Shown here one piece after another: positions 36,099 through 45,292 of a stretch of DNA of 64,000 bases; positions within the stretch are counted from its first letter, which is position 1, and each line of letters begins with the position of its first letter. Source of the DNA: a bacterium. Lineage in GTDB: Bacteria > Margulisbacteria > Marinamargulisbacteria > JABIPA01. A program made the translations under genes and the position numbers. The stretch covers positions 3,712 to 67,711 of the forward strand of contig JABIQV010000050.1 in the NCBI GenBank assembly GCA_018699495.1, in the 5' to 3' direction. The notes beneath the pieces were generated by a model. The model did no database searches. It was not told the origin of the DNA and saw only the letters and a program-made list of their open reading frames with translations.

Positions 36099-37643
36099 AT
36101 GAGTAAAGAAATCAATAACATGAAAAAACAAACAACAATAAGTTTTTATACCCAAGGCTGTCGGTTAAACCAATCAGAAACTGCTGTTCTTGAGAACCAG
36201 TTTAAAATGCCTGATTTAGACTCCCATTTGTCCTATAAAAAAAACTTATCCGAAGAGATTAGAAATGAAGACCCAGTGTTTTTAAGTGTCCCAGTTACGG
36301 ACTCAGCAGATATTACGGTAGTAAACACCTGCACAGTGACAGAAAGAGGCGACACAGACACTAAAAAGTTAATCAAAAAACTAACAAAACTAAATCCATC
36401 GGTAAAAATTGCCTTAATTGGCTGCCAAGCGCAGGTTCACAAAGAAAAACTGTTAGAGTGGCCAAATGTTCATTGGGTTATCGGAAACGCTAGTAAAATG
36501 AACCTAAAGAAAATTTTAGATGAGCACTACAGCGATCGAGAGCAAGAAAAAGGTATAACTGATTTAAAAGAGACATCTGATGTGATCAACGAAGCCGATG
36601 ATTCGATGACGATTGAGTCTGAATTAGGCAAAAAAGATGAACCATTGAGTACTGATGAAAAGCATAAACAACCTCAAGTAATCGTCCCAAAAATAACAAG
36701 AGAACCTTTCACTATCCCCAATCCAGGTATCGACTCCTCGCATGTGAGAGCGAACATAAAAATCCAGGACGGTTGCGATTTCTATTGTGCCTTCTGTGTT
36801 ATTCCCTTCGCAAGAGGTCCTGCTAGAAGTCGAGTCTTCGAAGATATCTTCAAAGAAGTTGATTCACTTGTTGAATCAGGTCACAGGGAAATAATCATTA
36901 CTGGAATTAATTTAGGAACCTATTCCGACTCAAATAAGTCGTTCTTAGACGTATTAAATCGACTAGAGTCCTACGAAAAATTGGATCGAGTCCGTATATC
37001 CTCCATCGAACCAACAACGATAGATGACGACGTCGTTCATCTAATGAAAACAAGTAACAAACTATGCAACTATTTCCATATTCCTCTTCAAAGTGGATCT
37101 GACCCAGTTCTGGAAGGAATGAAACGTAAGTATACACTCGCCGAATTTGAATCATTTTTATCATTTGTACACAAAAGTAATCCTGACGCTTGTTTAGGAA
37201 CGGATGTAATTGTTGGGTTTCCAGGTGAAACAGATGAAGAGTTCGAGAATACATATACCTATTTAAGAGATTCAGTACTTAATTATTTCCACGTTTTTAG
37301 TTATTCAGAACGTAAATTCGCAAGATCCAAACGCATGGATGGGCAAGTTCATGGAGCAAAAATAAAAGAACGAAGTTTCAAATTACGTAAACTTAGCCAC
37401 AGGAAAAAAATGCAATACTTTAGCCGATTTTTAGGTCAAACGACGGAAGTACTCGTCGAGCAACAAAAAAAAGGGTATTGGGAAGGCTTAACAGAAAACT
37501 ATATACGTGTCCGGTTTAAAGTAAATGAAACTGAATTAAATAAAAACGCCATCGAAGATGGACAGTTAAAAAATAAGATGGTCATGGTAAGATTAGTATC
37601 CTTAAATGAAGATATGGAAAAAGTTGAAGGTGAATTGATATGA
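36099..37643 (+). CDS. mtaB: Radical-SAM methylthiotransferase, MtaB-like (ms2t6A37 tRNA modification), with acidic insertions
   Basis: UPF0004 N-domain (YTQGCRLNQSE, VVNTCTVT, GCQAQ), radical-SAM CDFYCAFC, TRAM-like C-terminus. Longer than the ~430 aa I recall for this family, because of the insertions. Confidence 0.8.
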   Translation: MSKEINNMKKQTTISFYTQGCRLNQSETAVLENQFKMPDLDSHLSYKKNLSEEIRNEDPVFLSVPVTDSADITVVNTCTVTERGDTDTKKLIKKLTKLNPSVKIALIGCQAQVHKEKLLEWPNVHWVIGNASKMNLKKILDEHYSDREQEKGITDLKETSDVINEADDSMTIESELGKKDEPLSTDEKHKQPQVIVPKITREPFTIPNPGIDSSHVRANIKIQDGCDFYCAFCVIPFARGPARSRVFEDIFKEVDSLVESGHREIIITGINLGTYSDSNKSFLDVLNRLESYEKLDRVRISSIEPTTIDDDVVHLMKTSNKLCNYFHIPLQSGSDPVLEGMKRKYTLAEFESFLSFVHKSNPDACLGTDVIVGFPGETDEEFENTYTYLRDSVLNYFHVFSYSERKFARSKRMDGQVHGAKIKERSFKLRKLSHRKKMQYFSRFLGQTTEVLVEQQKKGYWEGLTENYIRVRFKVNETELNKNAIEDGQLKNKMVMVRLVSLNEDMEKVEGELI

Positions 37644-38944
37644 AAAAAGTATTTGTTGAAACATACGGCTGTCAAATGAATGTGTATGACACAGAACTTG
37701 TACAAACAATTTTGACAAAAAATGGTTATGAAGCTGTTAAAGAAGAAACCGCAGCAGATATTGTTATGCTCAACACATGCTCAGTACGAGATAACGCAAA
37801 CAGAAAAATATATAATCGTGTCCATGAAATACGTCGTGGGCGGAAAAGCCCAGTTCTTGTAGGCATTTTGGGTTGCATGGCCACAAACTTTAAAACAGAT
37901 TTATTAGATAATAAAGCCTTAAAAATAGATTTTATTGCAGGTCCTGATAGCTACAAGCATTTACCACGACTAATTAGCGAAGCTTCTGGCGGAGAAAAAA
38001 CGTTCGATGTCACGTTAAGCGAATTTGAAACATATTCAGACATTGATCCCACAAGACAAACCGGTCCAAATGCATGGATTGCTATTATGCGTGGCTGTAA
38101 TAATTACTGCACATTTTGTGTCGTTCCTTATACAAGAGGCCGAGAAAGAAGCCGGTCTCCTGAAAATATTGTCGAAGAAGTAGAACGTTTGGTAGCAAAT
38201 GGCTATAAGCAAGTTACGTTACTTGGCCAAAATGTGAACTCCTATTCTCACGAAGAGACGTCGTTTACCAATTTAATGGATAAAGTAAGCCAAGTAAAAG
38301 GAATTGAACGAATTTTTTTCACATCGCCTCATCCTAAAGATTTCCCAACAGATCTCTTAAAACTTATGGCTGAACGAGACAATATTTGTAAACAAATTCA
38401 TATGCCTCTTCAAGCTGGAAGTTCACGTATCTTAAAGAAGATGAATAGAACATACACAAAAGAAGAGTTCTTAGGCTTAGTCGATCATATTCGGTCTATT
38501 ATGCCCGATGTTCATTTATCTACAGATATTATTCTAGGTTTCCCAACCGAGACAGATGAAGAGTACATGGAAACAGAAGAGGTATTAAAAAAAGTAAGAT
38601 TTGATACCGCCTTTATATTTAAATATTCGGAACGACCAAATACAACAGCCGAGCGTTTATTTAAAGACGACGTATCGGAAGAGCAAAAAAAGCATCGTAT
38701 TATACGGTTAAATGCAATTCAAAGAGATATTCGATTAGAAAAAAATCGCGAAAAAATTGGTAAAGATCAAGAAATATTAGTAGAAAAAATTGGGTCAAGA
38801 AGAGATCCTAATGAAATACAGGCAAGAAACGAAGGTAATACCGTTGTAATTTTACCTTCAAATAAAGATATTTCGGTAGGAGATCTTGTTATGGTTAAAA
38901 TAACAGATGCAACGCCAGATGTTTTAAGAGGAGAATTCGTATGA
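37640..38944 (+). CDS. miaB: tRNA-2-methylthio-N6-dimethylallyladenosine synthase MiaB
   Basis: VETYGCQMNVYD, LNTCSVR, GCMA, CNNYCTFCVVPYTRGRERSR and a TRAM domain. ATGA overlap with mtaB. Confidence 0.88.
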   Translation: MKKVFVETYGCQMNVYDTELVQTILTKNGYEAVKEETAADIVMLNTCSVRDNANRKIYNRVHEIRRGRKSPVLVGILGCMATNFKTDLLDNKALKIDFIAGPDSYKHLPRLISEASGGEKTFDVTLSEFETYSDIDPTRQTGPNAWIAIMRGCNNYCTFCVVPYTRGRERSRSPENIVEEVERLVANGYKQVTLLGQNVNSYSHEETSFTNLMDKVSQVKGIERIFFTSPHPKDFPTDLLKLMAERDNICKQIHMPLQAGSSRILKKMNRTYTKEEFLGLVDHIRSIMPDVHLSTDIILGFPTETDEEYMETEEVLKKVRFDTAFIFKYSERPNTTAERLFKDDVSEEQKKHRIIRLNAIQRDIRLEKNREKIGKDQEILVEKIGSRRDPNEIQARNEGNTVVILPSNKDISVGDLVMVKITDATPDVLRGEFV

Positions 38945-40296
38945 CAAATAATGAACAGGTTTTAGAAAAATTATCAGTAATTATCGACCCAGACTTGGAT
39001 AAAGATATTGTTACGTTAGGTTTCATTAAAAAACTTAAGATTGAAAAGGGTAATGTATCATTTAGTATTGAACTTACGACACCTGCGTGTCCTGTAAAAG
39101 ATATGTTCAAAAAAGAAGCTGAACGGGTGGTTAAGGAATTGGATTGGGTAGAAACTGTTGAAATAGAAATGACAGCTCAACCAATTAAACAAAAACCAAG
39201 TCAAATGAAGGGGCTTGAAAGGGTTCGTCATATTATTGCAGTAGGAAGTGGAAAAGGCGGAGTGGGGAAGTCTATGGTCGCAACTAATTTAGCCTTTAGT
39301 CTTTCAAAAACGGGCGCAAAAGTTGGTCTATTTGATGCTGATGTTTATGGACCTAGTTTGCCGACGATGGTTGGTTTTGAAAACATAAGTTTAAAAATGG
39401 AAGGGGCGTTTATTGAGCCTCTCGACTATGAAGGCGTAAAGCTAATGTCTTTTGGTTATGCAACGGAGAGTTCTGGCGAATCTGGTCCTGCAATAATGAG
39501 AGGACCTATGGTTTCTCAAGTTATTCAGCAATTGTTAGGGAGTACCGATTGGGGCGAGTTGGATTATCTAATACTAGATATGCCTCCAGGAACCGGCGAT
39601 ATTCAGTTAACGATAGGTCAACAAGTACCAGTAACTGCAGCAGTTATTGTTACAACGCCTCAGCGAATCAGTTTTGTAGATGTGGTTAAAGGTATTCAGA
39701 TGTTCGATGAGCTGAAGATACCAACCATCGCAGTAGTAGAAAACATGGCTTATTTTAAATGTAATGATTGTAGTAAAAAACATCAAGTTTTTGGAAAAGG
39801 CGCATTAAATAGTCTATCTGAAGAGTTTGGGTTTACTCAATCCTTTCAATTGCCTATGCAATATGAAGTCTCTTATTATTCGGATAACGGACAGCCCTTA
39901 GTTTTAGCAGAACCAGACAATGAAGTTACTCAATTATTTGCAGAGTTATCGGAAGCGGTCGTTCGTGAAGTTAGTAAATTAGCCTATGTCTCGGACGTCA
40001 AGGTTGAGTTAACGGCACCAAAAAAAGGGGTTGTTGAAGTAAAAAAAGGGGATGAAACAGCATTGTTGTCGTCTGCTGGGCTTAGACTCTCCTGTCGGTG
40101 TGCCTACTGTGTGGACGAATTGTCTGGGAAACAACGAATTGAAAAATCGACGATAAAAGCTGATATTCATCCTGTTGATATTAAGAGAGTTGGAAATTAC
40201 GCATTTGGTATTAATTGGAATGATGGGCATACGTCTCTTTATCCAATTAAAGCAATAGAGGCGCTAAGTCAAAAGCCTGAACCGGTATTGAATTAG
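38941..40296 (+). CDS. mrp: Mrp/ApbC/NBP35-family Fe-S carrier ATPase with N-terminal DUF59 and C-terminal DUF971-like domain (HCF101-type architecture)
   Basis: DUF59 (DPDLDKDIVTLGFI), deviant Walker A GSGKGGVGKS, CP-x-C-like NDCSKKH region. The C-terminal LSCRCAYCVDELSG...NYAFGINWNDGHTSLYP is typical of DUF971. ATGA overlap with miaB. Confidence 0.85.
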   Translation: MTNNEQVLEKLSVIIDPDLDKDIVTLGFIKKLKIEKGNVSFSIELTTPACPVKDMFKKEAERVVKELDWVETVEIEMTAQPIKQKPSQMKGLERVRHIIAVGSGKGGVGKSMVATNLAFSLSKTGAKVGLFDADVYGPSLPTMVGFENISLKMEGAFIEPLDYEGVKLMSFGYATESSGESGPAIMRGPMVSQVIQQLLGSTDWGELDYLILDMPPGTGDIQLTIGQQVPVTAAVIVTTPQRISFVDVVKGIQMFDELKIPTIAVVENMAYFKCNDCSKKHQVFGKGALNSLSEEFGFTQSFQLPMQYEVSYYSDNGQPLVLAEPDNEVTQLFAELSEAVVREVSKLAYVSDVKVELTAPKKGVVEVKKGDETALLSSAGLRLSCRCAYCVDELSGKQRIEKSTIKADIHPVDIKRVGNYAFGINWNDGHTSLYPIKAIEALSQKPEPVLN

Positions 40297-40391
40297 GCTA
40301 TTTCCTAATTCAATATTAAAACGTCAACAAATACTAAAGGTAGGCTGTATCAATTTTTTTTCTCTCAATAAATTTGAGGATTTTATGTTTT

Positions 40392-41369
40392 TCAAATAGG
40401 CGGTTTTGCGTCCAAAAAGTTAAATACAGGAGCCAGAACATCAGCTATTGACGAGTCATTGATCAAGTCAAAAGCGGGTTTTAACGTCAATAGCTGATTC
40501 ACTGTGCGAGGTCCGATAATTACCCCATCTAATTCTGTTCTAAAGTAGGCCCAAAGCAATATAATCACTTCTGGGTCCAGTTTGAAAGGCATGCAAGCGG
40601 CACTAAATGATGATACCCATTTTTCACGGGCTATGTTTTTTAATAGAGGATGACTTTTTCTAATATCTTTTTTTCCTATCTTTTTGGTATCAAAGCCTGG
40701 TAAAAGTAATCCTTGCTCAAAAATTCCTGTTCCAATATTTATACACTTAGTTTCATTTTTGAGTAATTGAACCATTTTTTGTTCATTCATAAATGGGCTG
40801 TAATGCAGTTGGTTTACAAAATTGTAATATATTTCCTTAAAAAATGGTAATGACGTCAAAATAATTTTATAAGTCAGGTTGTTGAGACCAAAATGTTCAA
40901 TGATTTTGTTGTTTTTTTGTGTAAGAAGGAATTCGTATGGTTCAGAAAAAGAGGACGTTAACACGGGCCAGTGTAGTTGGTAAAGGTCGATAAAGGTTGT
41001 CTGCAGTATCTCCAATGTTTTTTCCAAATCTGAGTTTAAAATTGACGGGTCTGTGGACTTAATAACTGTTCCATTCTCCCAAATGAGACCACCTTTTGAT
41101 GATATAAATACTGAATTTAGGCACGAATTGAATGTTTTTCTCAAAAGGTGAAGGGCTTCGCCATTTCCATAGAAGTATGCAGAGTCGTAGCGTCTTATTC
41201 CTATTTCGTAGGCACGTTCTAATACGTCAATAGATTCTCGTTGGTCACTAAATCCATATCTGTACCCAGCAAGACTCCACGTACCCATCCAAAAGAAATT
41301 TTGAATTTTTTCCTTATGAGATAAAGAGAGCATGGAGCTTTTTTTTAATAGTTTTTTATAGTTTGGCAT
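40392..41369 (-). CDS. Aldo/keto reductase family oxidoreductase
   Basis: GTWSLAG..YG, YDSAYFYGNGE and DLYQLHWP motifs; 325 aa. Confidence 0.75.
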   Translation of the reverse strand: MPNYKKLLKKSSMLSLSHKEKIQNFFWMGTWSLAGYRYGFSDQRESIDVLERAYEIGIRRYDSAYFYGNGEALHLLRKTFNSCLNSVFISSKGGLIWENGTVIKSTDPSILNSDLEKTLEILQTTFIDLYQLHWPVLTSSFSEPYEFLLTQKNNKIIEHFGLNNLTYKIILTSLPFFKEIYYNFVNQLHYSPFMNEQKMVQLLKNETKCINIGTGIFEQGLLLPGFDTKKIGKKDIRKSHPLLKNIAREKWVSSFSAACMPFKLDPEVIILLWAYFRTELDGVIIGPRTVNQLLTLKPAFDLINDSSIADVLAPVFNFLDAKPPI

Positions 41370-41478
41370 AAAATTTGCATATATATCTTACATAAGTTGC
41401 TTCTGCGGTCTTAAGAAACGTTGAACCGAGCAGTACACTTATACAAGTCTAACAGAGTATAGATGGGATTAAAAAATT

Positions 41479-41949
41479 ATGAGAACGGTTAAGATGGTTT
41501 TGATAGTTGGAATACTTATAGCGAGCTCAACATTTGCAGCTTATAAGAATCCTCAATACATAGCGGCAAGCGAACAGCTTAGGGCGTTAGCTAGAGAAGA
41601 AAGTAATAATCCTGGCAGATATTCAATGAAGGAAATTAAACAAAGACGACTGCCTTACCTAGAGATAGTTCAACAAACCTATATGTTATCAAGTGATCAA
41701 AAATATTCAACGCGTCGTAGTGCTCCGAAACAATCGGCTCATGTAGAACAACGAATGGTTGTTTCTAGACAGGTTGATATAAAGGATTCAAGCAAAAAAC
41801 AACAGTACCTTTCAACGAAACCTAGTAATTCTTCTTTTCAAAATATAGTAAAGAAAACACAACCTAATTCAAGTGAATTTAAAGTTAAAAGAAGCATGTT
41901 TACTAGCTTGTTTTCTAAAACGAAATTAGACAATACCAAAGATTTATAA
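41479..41949 (+). CDS. Secreted hypothetical protein (156 aa)
   Basis: N-terminal signal-like MRTVKMVLIVGILIASSTFAA. Polar, low-complexity remainder. Confidence 0.5.
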   Translation: MRTVKMVLIVGILIASSTFAAYKNPQYIAASEQLRALAREESNNPGRYSMKEIKQRRLPYLEIVQQTYMLSSDQKYSTRRSAPKQSAHVEQRMVVSRQVDIKDSSKKQQYLSTKPSNSSFQNIVKKTQPNSSEFKVKRSMFTSLFSKTKLDNTKDL

Positions 41950-42066
41950 TTACATCTTGTAAGACTCATACTTAAGACGTACGTTGGCGAATGTTGGGGG
42001 ACTCTGCATAAACTGCAACCATTGGTAATGGTTCAAAATAAATATAATATTTCAAAAACGGCAAAT

Positions 42067-42116
42067 TTTTTACAAAAATGTTAATATTAAATATATTTTA
42101 TTACATTTTTGTAAAA
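42067..42116. promoter_or_regulatory. Perfect 14-bp inverted repeat (ttttacaaaaatgt N21 acatttttgtaaaa) upstream of bioA; candidate operator
   Basis: Arms 42067-42080 and 42103-42116 are exact reverse complements. Two further direct TGTAAAA copies lie at 42127 and 42146, before ATG 42161. Confidence 0.5.
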
Positions 42117-42160
42117 CGCTTCCTCTTGTAAAAATTTATCCTTACTGTAAAATTGATTTC

Positions 42161-43432
42161 ATGAAAAAAGAAATGATGAGACGAACAGAGCATATATGGT
42201 ATCCATATACCCAAATGGGGGATAATTTTTCGCCTAAACTGGTGGAAGAAGCAAAAGGGGTCAATTTAAAAATCAATGGACAATGGGTAATCGATGGAAT
42301 TTCTTCATGGTGGTCCGTACTACATGGATATAATCATCACTCTTTAAATGATGCTCTCAAAATTCAAATTGATAAGTTTTCTCATGTGATGATTGGCGGT
42401 CTAATTCACGAACCCGCAATTGAGTTAGCAAAGAGTCTTTCTTCTATTTGTGGTGGGTTGTTAAACAGAGTATTTTTTTCAGATAGTGGCTCGGTAGGGA
42501 TTGAAGTTGCTATTAAATTAAGTATTCAATATTGGATGAACAAAAAGAAGCCAAATAAAACTAAAATGATATGTTTTAAAAAGTCCTATCACGGTGATAC
42601 AACTGGAGCAATGTCGATCAGTGATCCAGAAGACAGCATGCATCATATTTTTTCTCCTATTTTAATGAAGCATCATTTTTTTGAGGCGCCATCTTCAGAT
42701 CCTGATATAAAACAAGGACAGTTAAAAACGTTAGATGTATTTTTGAGCAAAAGACACGAGGAAATAGCCGCTATAATAATTGAACCTTTGGTACAGTGCG
42801 CAGGAGGGTTTAATTTTTTTGAAGCAGATTACCTGGATGACCTTCGTTATTTATCAGATAAGTATAATGTTTTATTAATTTACGATGAAGTGGCGACGGG
42901 GTTTTGTAGGACCGGTTCATTTTTTGCCTATCATCAATCTAAAACTGAACCAGATATTTTGGTATGTGGTAAAGGGTTAACAGGAGGGTATTTGGGACTT
43001 GCTGCCACAATTACCTCAGATAAGGTATTTAGAGCCTTTTACGAAAAATCTAAGCCGGAGAAGGCCTTTATGCATGGGCCTACCTTTATGGGAAATCCAC
43101 TTGCATGTAGTTTGGCTATCAAAAGTATCGAATTAGCTACTAAAAATAACTATTCGGACAAGTTTTTAAAGATTCAGAAAATATTGGAAGAAGAATTGGC
43201 TGGATTTACGCACTCATTAATTAAGGGGATTAGAATTAAGGGAGGTATAGGTGTTATTGAGGTTCACAATAAATCTGATATCGAAGGGTTCGGTGACTAT
43301 TCATTTAATAGAGGGGCTTGGCTTCGTGGCTTTGAGTCGTTTATTTATACGATGCCTCCAGCCATTATAGAAGAACATGATGTAAGAAAAATCACCCGAA
43401 TTATGAAGGACTATTTTTTGGGAAAAAAATGA
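42161..43432 (+). CDS. bioA: Adenosylmethionine-8-amino-7-oxononanoate aminotransferase
   Basis: HIWYPYTQM, SWW..LHGYNH, FFSDSGS..VE.A.K, DEVATGF.RTG, CGKGLTGGY (PLP Lys); 423 aa. Confidence 0.85.
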   Translation: MKKEMMRRTEHIWYPYTQMGDNFSPKLVEEAKGVNLKINGQWVIDGISSWWSVLHGYNHHSLNDALKIQIDKFSHVMIGGLIHEPAIELAKSLSSICGGLLNRVFFSDSGSVGIEVAIKLSIQYWMNKKKPNKTKMICFKKSYHGDTTGAMSISDPEDSMHHIFSPILMKHHFFEAPSSDPDIKQGQLKTLDVFLSKRHEEIAAIIIEPLVQCAGGFNFFEADYLDDLRYLSDKYNVLLIYDEVATGFCRTGSFFAYHQSKTEPDILVCGKGLTGGYLGLAATITSDKVFRAFYEKSKPEKAFMHGPTFMGNPLACSLAIKSIELATKNNYSDKFLKIQKILEEELAGFTHSLIKGIRIKGGIGVIEVHNKSDIEGFGDYSFNRGAWLRGFESFIYTMPPAIIEEHDVRKITRIMKDYFLGKK

Positions 43433-43586
43433 GATAAAAAGAGAAACGGGTATTGAATTTTAACGTTACCAGCTTTGCCAGGGTTCAATAAAATTGACCT
43501 CAAAATGGAACAAATATAGAAAATATGTTTGTTGAATAATTAATCTATTTTAATATTTATTATTTCATTATATAATCCAAAAAAAT

Positions 43587-45251
43587 ATGGATGTATTCAA
43601 AATAATTTACACCGCGTTCGGCGGGCTTAGTTTGTTTTTTTACGGAATGAGAAACATGACCGATGGATTACAAGCTTTGGGTGGAGATGTAATAAAACGT
43701 ATCATTGGGTCGCTAACCTCTAACCGGTTTTTGGCAGTACTGGTAGGATTAGGGGTCACTACGATAGTTCAAAGTTCGTCCATCACCACAGTTATGACCG
43801 TTGGGTTTGTAAATTCTGGGTTAATGTCGCTTACCCAAGCTATTGGTGTTATTTTTGGAGCGAATATAGGAACGACTATCACAGGGTGGATAATTTCGAT
43901 AAAAATTGGAAAGTATGGGCTCTTAATGATAGGTCTTTCTTTATACCCAACTTTATACGCTAAATCCGAAAAATGGAGACAAATAGGACGCGTTGTATTT
44001 GGAATCGGATTAATATTTTTTGGTTTGCAGTTAATGAGTGGCGCATTTAAACCTCTCCGTACTTATCCTGCATTTATTGAAAGTCTTCATTATTTTTCTG
44101 GGCATAATTATATGTCTTACGTGTATTGCATCATCATGGGCTGCCTATTGACGATTATCATTCAGTCGTCGTCTGCGATGTTAGGAATTACTATCGCATT
44201 GGCAGCTTCTGGAGTTATCGAGTTTCATACGGCAGCAGCTTTTGTGTTAGGTGAAAATATTGGAACAACAATCACAGCTTTATTAGCCGGGATAGGTGGA
44301 AATATTAATGCAAAACGAGCGGCAAAAGCTCATGCTATCTTTAATTTATTCGGTGTTGGGATAATGGTAGCCATATTTCCTTATTATGTTCAGTTTATAG
44401 AGTGGTTGATTCCAAATGCTGCAAATTTTGTGAATGAAGCAGGGGAGCGTCCTTATATCGCGTTTCATATTGCATCTGGACACACAATATTTAATGTAGC
44501 TGCAACTTTAATCTTTTTACCGTTTTTAAAGCAGTTTTCAAATTTGATAGTTAAATTAACTCCAGAAAAGGTGAAAGAGGAAGACTCTAGCTTTACGTTA
44601 CTTGGAAATAAAAATTCATTTTTACCAGCAACGGCAATTATTCAAGCTCAACAGGAACTTTTAAAATTTAAAGATGTTGTAAATAGTATGTTTGATGTGA
44701 CACGAAGCATATTTGAAACGCCTAATAATGATGACGAAGCGATTAAGAAAATTAAAAGATATGAGCAAATTACAGACAATATCGAAAGAGAAGTAACCGT
44801 ATATATGTGTCAGGTTATGGAAAAAAGATTGTCACCGGACCAGTCGGCCCAGGCTCAATCAATTGTGAGAGTTGCTGATGAGTTGGAGAGTTTAGGGGAC
44901 TATTTAGAAAAGTTAGTAATGTCTACAGTAAGGTTGAAAAATGAGGGGGCTTTGAAGGGCGCTTTAAAGGAAGAATTTTCGTTATTGTTAAAAGAAGTTG
45001 AAACGTATTTTGAGGCTGTGTCGTCATGTATAAACGAACCGTCTAACTTAGAAGAACTTTCAATATACAAAACGTCAGATGAAATTAAAGCCAAAATAGA
45101 CGAAATAAGAGAAGGGCATGTGGAACGAATTAGTAAAAAAGAGTATTCACCTTTAACAGCGTTGACCTATTCAGATATGGTAGTTTCATTAAGAAAAATT
45201 AGAAGTCATACACTTAATATTGCTCAGGCTTATACGAGTAAAACTGCTTAA
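43587..45251 (+). CDS. Na+/phosphate cotransporter family protein with a PhoU-like C-terminal domain
   Basis: Duplicated GANIGTT.T and GENIGTT.T motifs in a polytopic N-half. The C-half is helical and PhoU-like. Confidence 0.85.
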   Translation: MDVFKIIYTAFGGLSLFFYGMRNMTDGLQALGGDVIKRIIGSLTSNRFLAVLVGLGVTTIVQSSSITTVMTVGFVNSGLMSLTQAIGVIFGANIGTTITGWIISIKIGKYGLLMIGLSLYPTLYAKSEKWRQIGRVVFGIGLIFFGLQLMSGAFKPLRTYPAFIESLHYFSGHNYMSYVYCIIMGCLLTIIIQSSSAMLGITIALAASGVIEFHTAAAFVLGENIGTTITALLAGIGGNINAKRAAKAHAIFNLFGVGIMVAIFPYYVQFIEWLIPNAANFVNEAGERPYIAFHIASGHTIFNVAATLIFLPFLKQFSNLIVKLTPEKVKEEDSSFTLLGNKNSFLPATAIIQAQQELLKFKDVVNSMFDVTRSIFETPNNDDEAIKKIKRYEQITDNIEREVTVYMCQVMEKRLSPDQSAQAQSIVRVADELESLGDYLEKLVMSTVRLKNEGALKGALKEEFSLLLKEVETYFEAVSSCINEPSNLEELSIYKTSDEIKAKIDEIREGHVERISKKEYSPLTALTYSDMVVSLRKIRSHTLNIAQAYTSKTA

Positions 45252-45292
45252 ATTTCCTCCTACATTCTAACAAGGTTCATTTAATGACAGGT

